Shown: in pieces, positions 1 through 7,581 of the stretch
Layout of the letters: each line of letters starts with the position of its first letter
Numbering within the stretch: position 1 is the stretch's first letter
Assembly: GCF_000143415.4 (NCBI RefSeq)
Contig: NW_003314663.1
Location: 1-7,581, forward strand
Reading direction: 5' to 3'
DNA length: 7,581 bases
Source of the DNA: Selaginella moellendorffii
Lineage: Eukaryota; Plantae; Lycopodiophyta
The notes under the pieces: model-generated
What the model was told of the DNA's origin: nothing
Database searches by the model: none
Seen by the model: only the letters and a program-made list of their open reading frames with translations
Made by a program: the position numbers and the translations under genes

Positions 1-1650
1 GCTCTAATAAATGCTGGAACAACCCAAGGAGTTTGGGGTGTACTCAAAGGATGAGTTGGTATTCTCATCATATGGACAAGTGGTCCTAAGGGGCAAAAAG
101 TTGCCCCAAGAGAACAAATCAAGTGTCAGAGTAACACTTGCAAAGATGGTCCTTGTGAGTAGGACTTGAATACAATAAGTTGTATTTCAATGAGCTGGCA
201 CCTCAAAGGTAGGACCTTATGGTCATCTAATTAACAAAGTCCAAAAAGCTAGATGACTCAAGTAGAGTCAAGGAATAATCCTAAGGGATTGATGGAAGCA
301 TTTGGTTTGAAGTGTGTTGTACCCCACGAAGGATGAAGGGGATCATAGGATCCAAAGTATGAGAATAGAGGGTATCTCATTGATGGCAGAATGTGCCATG
401 CTAAAGTCATGGGAAAGAATTTCCTGGAAGAAAACAACTTTGACGCAAAGTTGTGAGTAAATTCTATGGTGTAGTGCTAATAGATAGTGGGCATAAAAGA
501 CCACTGTATTGGTCTTGGCAAAGACCTAGACCTAAGTAAGAAGTGTCATATAAGTAGGCTCGTAGAGCCAATAGTGTGGAGACACCAAATGGGCCAAGGT
601 GTGATACCTTGAGATTATGTTGATGGGTTTATGAAAACCCCTTACCAAGGGAATCCCAATGGAAATGGGAATGGTATAACCTAAGCTAGAAGGCATGTGG
701 TAGAGTGTGGTGACCCGGATAATGATGGAGGTGTGGAAGCAATAGCAATGAGTTGTAGGACTTGACAACTATGAAGCAACTAAGCAAGAGGGCAAGTAAT
801 TGGTCAAAGGGTAGAAGGTAGCTACCCAAGACTTTTTAATGGCATAAAAAGGTACATGAGGTACCTATACTAGTTTAATCATTGCAACTTTGCATAAAGT
901 CTAAGATCAAGGTTATCTGGCAAGTATTCCTTATAAATACAAAATTGCATCTTAGTCCTACTTCTAGTCTGCACTTTTTCAACATACATCTAGCATTGCC
1001 AAATTTTGGCATAATTAGTAAGATAGGACTGCACATATATAACCTTTGTACAATCAACTACATCTACTGTTATCAAATAGTTTTCCATATCATAGACTTA
1101 GTCTTCCAAAACCTATTAGTCCTACATGCCTCTAAAGTGGGGTGGTTTTGGGGGCTTGAAATTTGAAAATTGTGCAATTGAACATAAGCTATTATGTAGC
1201 AATATTAAAAGACTAATGCTCAATACCATGGAAGATCTTAATACTAGCAAGTGCAAGCCAATAATACAAGTTTTTCATACTAGAATAAGTATGCTTAGCA
1301 AGAAACATATTAGAGTTCCTATCTTATATTTATCTGATCCCATTGACCAGTTATAACACACTTGAATTTGGAGCTAAACTCCAAGCCTGTTATGCTATGA
1401 AATGAGAGTCTGGTACACTCTCAATCCTATAAGCAACCAGCTCCTCATATCCAGCACCTATATGCAAAATAGTGTAAGACAGTGCTTGGCACTATTTTAG
1501 TATGATGGCCTAATGCAAGAAGCTAGGTACCTTGGGTTGAGACCTAAGGCAGATGTACAACAAGGAGTGATAGAACCTAGTGAAAGCCAAACTAATATTT
1601 TAGGTGGTCGACCATGCAATCCAACCACTATCCCTACTATACATTTGGAA

Positions 1651-1675
1651 CCCCCCACCCCCCACCCCCCCCCCC
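1651..1675. repeat. C-rich low-complexity tract C6-A-C6-A-C11
   Basis: Read directly from the sequence; the minus strand is G11-T-G6-T-G6. Confidence 0.9.
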
Positions 1676-2574
1676 AAAATCCTATGAAATACATCAACAA
1701 ATCAATGGTTGCATTGACTGCAAAAAAAGCTTGAGATAAGTAACTCACCTCCTCTTCCTCATAATCTACATTAACTAATTTGTCAACTTATTCAACTTCA
1801 CCACCACTATCTTCCCTCATGACATTGATATGAGACCTTGTCTTATGCTTATTGGGACATTCTAAGGATCCTATATCTTGCCTATTCACAATGGAAACAA
1901 TGACCCACACTACCCATTCCACTAAGAGTAGATTTTATAAATTTCTACTACTTATACCCACTAGGAGGAGGAACAGAGGGATTAAGACTAAAACAAGTTG
2001 TTGGTGGTTGCCAACCACCACCCTTATTAAATATTGCTTGTGAGCCTCTAAAGCAGAATTTCCCTTCCACCGAGTTTATATGAATTACCTAAGTGGTTTT
2101 CTCTAAAATATCTTTTATTCCTTGAGAGATATGCAAGAATTTATATATTTTTTATCTATTAGTTTTAAGAGATTGATATAGCTTAAGTCTATAATAAAAA
2201 ATAAAAAGGAATCAATAATTCTTATAAATTTTTTATCAAATGGTCTAACCCACAAAAAATTATCACTTAGAACTTTTGTTTCATGCACTTATTGTACAAG
2301 GTATTCTGAATCTATTTATACATATAAATCTCACCTTAAGCTTTTTCTCAATTTAATATGGATGATTAAAGACTTCTTTATGTATTAAATCTAGAGATTT
2401 TTTATGATATTGGTTTGATATGTATATTAACAAACCTGCTTGAATATGTAGTAGCAAAATGATGTACAAATAGGTAAACATAACCAACATACTTGCACCT
2501 AGGTTAAGGGTCCGAGTATATAAATTTTCTATATAGGTTTAAGGTCACATCTCCTAGTGGAAACTCCCACCGTA

Positions 2575-3485
2575 AATGGCATTGTAGCATGTGTGCCAAC
2601 TATATAAGACTGCATAAGGTGCCAGTCTTGTGGAAAAATAGACTGTATTTACACAAAGTCTGCAAATAGCAGTCACCTTATCCATAAAGCTGGATATACC
2701 CTTTAAGCTGCTTGCAAATTCCTTTATTAAATCTGGTTTAGCTTTGGATCCATGGGATCTAAGATGGAGGAGCCAAATATTTATCTATATATTTGGCTGA
2801 AATCCTTGTTCAAGACTTATCTTGGGATGCCTTCCGTGCATAGAAAAGTTTGGAGTCATATATACTGGCTATTGTTGTAGGCAAACTCTATGAAAGCCAA
2901 TTACTTATCCCATACTTTGAAATGCTGTAATATGACATATCCTTGATCAGTTGGATGACTCACTGAATTTCTAACGATGATCACCACTTCCTATTTTAAG
3001 AGAAATCTCATGAGCGTAGAGAAGCTCCTCTAAAATCCACTTGTGACTTTATCATTGATTATTTCCTTTAGCAGCCCAAACTGTGGAAATACATGATCCA
3101 AGTACACTATTTAATCATATACTTAGTCATGAATCTTGAAATAAATGGTCTACCACCAGTTATTTGCTCCTATAGATCCATATACTAAAGCACTATTATA
3201 GTTTCTAATGAGATCCTTAAAATTTCCTCAGAATATTGTTCCATCTTGAAAACTTTGAATCAATTCTGAGAAAGCATGCTTGTTTTCCAATGAGACACTT
3301 TTGCCAGTTCTAATGACAAAAGGATAGTTTGGCAATGAACATAAAGTTTATTCATGAGTCCAATATAATCTGGTTTGCAAACACTACAGATGTTCCAGCC
3401 ATAATGATGTCAACCATCTCGTTGAATTGAGCTATTTGCAATAAAGAGAATGAATTCTTTGCATTCATTAGAGACTTTCAATTCT
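2575..3485 (-). pseudogene. Degenerate Ty3/gypsy integrase remnant (RH-IN linker, catalytic core, GPY/F region)
   Basis: Minus-strand manual translation gives motifs in canonical integrase order, with stops and frameshifts: ECKEFI (~3450-3468), NKLYV, VVDHL (3143-3157), LDHVFPQFGLLKEIINDK..TSGF*RSF (~3020-3101; cf. HGVPKSIVSDRD..FTSKFW), WDK*LAFIEFAYNNSQY (~2862-2912; cf. WDEHLPLVEFAYNNS), MDKV, and RLAPYAVL..VGTHA (~2586-2630; cf. KLAPRY.GPF.IL.RVG.VAY). Confidence 0.88.
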
Positions 3486-3504
3486 CTCATGGGAGAAGAG
3501 GCTG

Positions 3505-4202
3505 TTTGAGCTGAGGAATTTGCTGCTGTGTCTCTAACAAAGTTACCTTGCATAGGGTAGGGCAAGAGATTGTGCATTTGGTACAAAGCCAATATATAGA
3601 TAGTGTATAACAACTTTCATTTTAGTCACACTAGTGCTCCTATCTTAAATATGAAGAAGAAGGATGGCTTAATCAAGTTTTGACCAAGAAGACAATGTGA
3701 AGGACAAAATGCTTATGCCTTGTGTGGATGATATTTTGGATATACTTGGGGATACAAAAGTCTTTTCCATAATAGATTTGCATAATGGTTATAACCAATT
3801 GTAATACTTGACATGGAAATCTCCAAGGGGACATTCTCAACTAGTTTTAGGCATTTTGAGTGTATGATAATGCTGTTTGGGCTTACAAAGTGCCAGCCAC
3901 ATTTACAAGACTCAGGAGTTTAATAAAGTCACTAATATCATTGAGAAATATCTCGAAAAAATTCATGTAAGTACTCATTAAACTCCTTGGTGAGTACTTA
4001 CATGACTTTGTTGAGATATTTCTCAGTGATATTTTTGTTTTCAGTAAGAATATGGTTGTGCATAAGCAGTATATAAACAGAGATTGCAATATTGTGCAAG
4101 CATAAATTATATATTATGAAGAGCAAATGTGAATTTGCATTAGTGAATGTGAGTACATAGGCCATATTGTGTCTTCTAAAGGTATGAAGATAGATCCACA
4201 TA
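3505..4202 (+). pseudogene. Degenerate Ty3/gypsy reverse transcriptase, 5' part of interrupted pol
   Basis: Motifs in order: EEFAAVSLTKLP (from 3513), TKPIYR (3583-3600), FSHTSAPILNMKKKDG (3621-3668), VKDKMLMPCVDDILDILGDTKVFSIIDLHNGYNQL* (3697-3804), KGTFSTSFRHFECMIMLFGLT/VPATFTRL (~3825-3913), LLGEYLHDFVEIFLSDIFVFSK (3983-4048, decayed YxDD motif), KHKLYIMKSKCEF and EYIGHIVSSKGMKIDPH (to 4201). Many stops, frameshifts and short deletions. Confidence 0.95.
3914..4033. repeat. Local inverted duplication (templated insertion) inside RT
   Basis: 3934-3977 is the reverse complement of 3991-4033 (about 39-40 of 44 positions). 3914-3924 (aggagtttaat) is the exact reverse complement of 3977-3987. 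Confidence 0.93.
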
Positions 4203-5029
4203 TGTTGCCTAGTGAGGGGAATAGTTGAACTTGCCATAATTGGCCCATACCACCAGCGGATATTCTACCATATGGCCTACTACATGGTGGACTCTTCCAA
4301 AAATGCAGAAGCACAAATTTAGTGAGAGTAATGGTGATCCAGATAGAGATCTGAGGACCCAATCTGAGGACTCACAATTTCCAGCCATCAATCTCCCAAC
4401 AATAGGATTCAAGAAACCCTATTCACTAGAAACTTTTCCTAGCCTAGAAAAAGTGGCAGCTTATTCCTAGCTCCCAAGATCCATTTGGGATTGCAGCTAT
4501 TCTCTAGCTACTTTGATCCAACAGAGTGTCTACCAAAATTGAGGCCATAATATGCTGTGCTGCGTAAATTCCACTATGCTACATCCAGGCAAGAATTTAG
4601 CAAATTGCAAGAGAAATAAATAAAGGATCACTTGATGAAATTGCTTAGGGATGCCCTATTGCCAGTGGCTGACCATGAGCTACAATCAAAGCTCTCCACA
4701 AACACTCTAAAACTCATTAAAAATTGAGTGTAATCTCACTAGCACTCACAATCTCCTCATTGCTACCTAAACTCACTCTAAGAACATTTTTAAATGCCTT
4801 TAAACACTGTTAAACACTTCAGAAAGAGGATGAGGCTCAGCCTAACCCTTCCCTCTCATCACCCTCTTTTTTATAGCCATCTCTCCCTCTAATTTCCTCT
4901 AGATCTTTGCTATCCTCTAGCACAGATTCTCCTCCCATGACTCCTAGCAAATATCCATCTATCACACCCTAGATACCACATCGATCAAACATGACTTTGA
5001 CTTCTTTGGGTCGTACCTAAGCCCATACA
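4203..5029 (-). repeat. LTR copy A (putative 3' LTR, ~827 bp)
   Basis: Aligns with 5417-6199 at an offset of 1230 in the core. There is an identical 27-mer at 4672-4698 = 5902-5928, 76/90 identity for 4381-4470 vs 5611-5700, and 65/90 for the next 90 bp. Starts tgttgc and ends cataca on the + strand. Confidence 0.87.
4867..4878 (-). promoter_or_regulatory. Putative LTR TATA box
   Basis: Minus strand reads GGCTATAAAAAA followed by purine-rich GAGGGTGATGAGAGGGAAGGG, a typical LTR promoter context. The equivalent site in copy B (~6089-6098) is mutated to GCTATACAAA. Confidence 0.55.
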
Positions 5030-5046
5030 TTTTTGCTTATTCTCCC
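5030..5046 (-). other. Polypurine-tract-like sequence
   Basis: Minus strand GGGAGAATAAGCAAAAA (15/17 purines) lies immediately 5' of the TG of LTR copy A. Confidence 0.5.
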
Positions 5047-5416
5047 ATATTCATTCTTTGTGCTAGTAAGCAAATCCTATCCTTGCTAGATCTCTAGGGC
5101 TTGAAACCTTCTCCACCATCACTCTTTGAGTTGAGGTAGAAAATTCCTGTACCTGCTGTTCTATGGGAATGTCCAAACCCATTCCAGATTCCTTCTATTT
5201 TAGCATCATCTTGATTCTAGCTTCCTCTACCCCCTGTCTTTGCCACTTGCTGAGATATGAATCCATCTCTTGCACCTGCTCCTTGGCTATCTCCTGCCAT
5301 GAAACAAGATACTCCTTCTAGAGAACCTTAAATATTCTCTTACTATTCTTAGAAAAGATAATAGATCTCTCTTTTTGGTCATTCCCTACACGACAAATGT
5401 CAAGATATGTATATTC

Positions 5417-6199
5417 TACTACTAGGAAAGGGGAACAATTAAACTCACCCTGATTTGCCCATGTCACCACCACCACGTGGGCTACTACACGGCAAGCTCT
5501 TCCAAGAACATAGAACATGCAGTCAGTGGGAGTCATGGTGATCTAGACAGAGATTTGAGGGCCCAATGTTAGAGAGATCTGAGGACCTTAGTCAAACATA
5601 TACACAATTTCCAGCTGCCAATCTCCCCACAACAGGATTCAAGAAATCCTGTTCACTAGAAACCTTTCCTAGCCAAGAAAAGGTGACACCCTGTTCCTAG
5701 CTCACATGATCCATTTAGGTTTGTAGTTATCCTCCAACCACTTTGATCCAATAGGGTCTCTACCAGAATCGAGCCCAGGAGGTGTTCCATTGTGCAAATT
5801 CTACTATGCTGCACACATACAAGAATCTAGCAAGTTGCAAGAGACAAAAACAAAGAATTACATGATGAAATTGCTCAAGGACACCTTGTTGCCAATAGCC
5901 AACCATGAGCTACAATCAAAGCTCTCCAAAAGCACTCTAAAGCTCACTAAAAACCAAATGCATTCTCACTAGCATTCAAAATCTCCTTAGTGCTCACTAA
6001 GATCACACTTTTAAATGCTTTTAAACACTATAAAACACTTCAAAAAGGGGGTGAAGCTTAGCTTAACCCTTCCTTGTTGTTGCTCTCCTTTGTATAGCTG
6101 GGTCTCTTGCCAATTTCTAGGGAATATCTGTGCATCTCCATGTCACATCCTAGATGCCAAACATGATTTGGACTGTTTCCAAAGTTTGGACAGCATACA
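5417..6199 (-). repeat. LTR copy B (putative 5' LTR, ~780 bp)
   Basis: Diverged direct repeat of 4203-5029 that also ends in cataca. The left boundary is approximate (tactactaggaaaggggaa vs tgttgcctagtgaggggaa). Confidence 0.85.
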
Positions 6200-6203
6200 T
6201 ATA

Positions 6204-6423
6204 AGATTGCAAAGGTGGAATTAGCTGACTCCTAAAAATGTTGTAAAGTTGTAAAGTTTTCTTAGGATAGTGGGATATTATCATGCTTTATTGTTATTTC
6301 TTTGACACAGTTGTTATGCCAATCTACTCATTTTGAGTGGGACATCCTTAAATGCAGATTTTTCTGTGATTGAAACAAACTTTAGTGAATGCTTTAGTTT
6401 TGAAGATAGCTGATCCTTAGAAG
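6204..6423 (+). pseudogene. Gypsy RT C-terminus / connection region (continuation after the LTR insertion)
   Basis: KIAKVE/*LTPKNVVKL*SFLRIVGYYH (6203-6284; cf. KIEAV..[24 protein letters not shown]), FEW (~6332-6340), and LKQTLVNALVLKIADP*K (6370-6423; cf. LKQALTSAPVLALPDPSK). Confidence 0.9.
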
Positions 6424-6470
6424 TGTAAACTCTTGAATTTTGACTTCAAAGGAGGTCATCTAGCCCACCA

Positions 6471-6774
6471 GACCAAATTGGACCACTAAATGTCAATTTC
6501 AACATATGGTGTTATTCCCCTAGCCAACCAATAGAGTTAAATCTGAAACAAACCTCTAATACAATATGTAAAAGAGTTTATTAGGATAGTTAAGCAAGCT
6601 CTCCCAAGAGGCTCACTCTGTTGACACTCTACCCTTTGAATCTGGACCAAATTGAACCATTAGATGTTAATTTTAATATGTGGTGTGATTTCTTTACCCA
6701 ACAAATAGAGTCAGAGCTGAAACCCCTTTGATACAAAATGTAAAAGAGTTTATTGAGATGGTTAAAGCAAGCTC
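6471..6774 (+). repeat. Diverged direct duplication of ~130 bp (6471-6601 and 6645-6774, period ~174)
   Basis: Shared blocks gaccaaattg, aatagagt, ctgaaac, atgtaaaagagtttatt and aagcaagctc occur in the same order in both copies. Confidence 0.9.
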
Positions 6775-7205
6775 AACAATATGATATAGAGATTCAAGAG
6801 CTATGTATCCAAATGGATCCACCATTCTTGCAACAATGGTGTGCTTTTATATGTAGTTGTGTGTATCTTCCATGGCTTGATGACTTAATCAACTGGATTC
6901 TTCATTATTATAATGACTGTGTGGAGGCTAGTCACTTTGGGAGGAGGAAACATGCGAGATTATTAAGTATTGCCTCTAATTGAAAAATATAAAGTTGGCA
7001 TGTGACAGTTGTCAACAAGTAAAAGCTCCAATAGGAAAGCTAGCTAGGATTTTAGTACCATTGCTTTATTCCACAAAACAATAGATAAGTATCTCCATAG
7101 AATTTTTTCAGCATGACCCTGAGCAAGATTGGGTTGATGGATCACTTGACCAAGTTCGTGAAACTATGTCCTCTCAAGGAAGGTTCACAAGCAGTGGACA
7201 TGGCT
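6620..7205 (+). pseudogene. Degenerate Ty3/gypsy integrase N-terminal half (HHCC zinc finger and start of core)
   Basis: VDTL..PN linker (cf. ADALSR.P). ORF 6753-6983 contains VYLPWLDDLINWILHYYNDCVEASHFGRRK (H-x-H half, first His to Asn). Then CDSCQQVKAPIGKLARILVPL (from 7001), ISISIEF, and MDHLTKFVKLCPLKEGSQAVDMA (7137-7205; cf. VDRLTKFAHF.P). Similarity stops at ~7205. Confidence 0.92.
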
Positions 7206-7581
7206 GTACATAAGATTGCTATTGAAGCAAGGATGAAAAACTACAATGTTGATTGTAATAAAGTATTAATGTTTGAATTGGACTGACTAATATTAGAAAT
7301 TAACTAGCAGGGATCCCAGCTCCGCTGGGAGAAGTAGAGAATGTTTTCAAACTGAAAAATAAAATTTAGCAGGCTTTTTTGGTTGTCCTTATGTTTTGAG
7401 TTTAAAAACGTTCTTTACTTCTCTCACTTGACTGGATATTTGATTGATATAGGTTTTTAGACGGTTTGGGACTCAGATGTCCTTTGCTGTTAAAAGATGA
7501 AAAACACTGTGTTTACAGAACTCGAGCTTTTAGAAATAAAAAGAGAATTCATAGCATAACAAGGACCCAACAATGAGGATA

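Larger units (their letters stand above)
4203..6199 (-). mobile_element. Non-autonomous (internally deleted, TRIM/LARD-like) LTR retrotransposon inserted antisense into the gypsy RT
   Basis: Bounded by TG (4203) and CA (6199), with two long direct repeats. Flanks are cata (4199-4202) and tata (6200-6203), an imperfect 4-bp TSD. Deleting 4203-6203 restores the host frame gat cca cat aag att gca aag gtg gaa = DPHKIAKVE. Orientation is inferred from a minus-strand TATA and a PPT-like tract. Confidence 0.85.

Noticed and set aside
440-700. Minus-strand RAYLYDTSYLG (AYLYD at 545-559) with an upstream GIPL, as a possible non-LTR RT remnant (AYLDD / QGDPL)
   Set aside because: Only short imperfect motifs in heavily decayed sequence. 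A profile search is needed before it can be called.
20-870. CRISPR array, attC-like cassette array or rho-independent terminators as an explanation for the hairpins
   Set aside because: No repeated unit, no regular spacing, no U-tracts, and a eukaryotic TE context.
532-2043. Short ORFs (60-94 aa) from the ORF track
   Set aside because: No recognisable domains, several start at non-ATG codons, and the lengths are as expected by chance. The Pro-rich and Gly-rich stretches come from the poly-C tract.
3505-4202. Novel RT system (retron/DGR-like RT plus structured ncRNA) suggested by RT next to a hairpin
   Set aside because: The RT is an ordinary Ty3/gypsy type with stops and frameshifts, and the hairpin is a copy of its own coding sequence that disrupts it.
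5395-5416. Primer-binding site next to LTR copy B
   Set aside because: No TGG-initiated tRNA-complementary sequence is visible on the minus strand.
6141-6152. tgtcacatcct (and tatcacaccct near 4960) as an alternative LTR start
   Set aside because: Similarity between the two copies runs through this point to the shared cataca end, and only the 4203/6199 boundaries restore the host RT frame.
4114-6224. ORFs overlapping the LTR copies (4240-4470, 5790-5972, 6015-6224 and others)
   Set aside because: The reading frames are not preserved between the two LTR copies because stops and indels differ, so they look like chance ORFs in non-coding LTR DNA.
7220-7581. Possible host exon or another repeat at the window end
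   Set aside because: No ORF, motif or terminal structure that I can support.

Overview
AT-rich, strongly CpG-depleted DNA (about 27 CG dinucleotides counted by eye in 7.6 kb). This fits a heavily methylated eukaryotic, most likely plant, repeat region. I see no intact gene, and none of the supplied ORFs is a credible host CDS. The right two-thirds is a nested cluster of decayed retrotransposons. (i) A minus-strand Ty3/gypsy integrase remnant (~2575-3485) abuts (ii) a plus-strand Ty3/gypsy pol remnant (~3505-7205) covering RT, the connection region and the integrase N-terminal half, with RNase H deleted. (iii) That remnant is split by a ~2.0 kb antisense non-autonomous LTR element (4203-6199) with two ~0.8 kb LTRs, a ~390 bp internal region and an imperfect 4-bp TSD. 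The least expected signals are a dense excess of short perfect inverted repeats, strongest at 1-870, and a patchwork inverted templated insertion next to the RT catalytic motif. I cannot support a new protein-coding system here; what is unusual looks like mutation or repair footprints.
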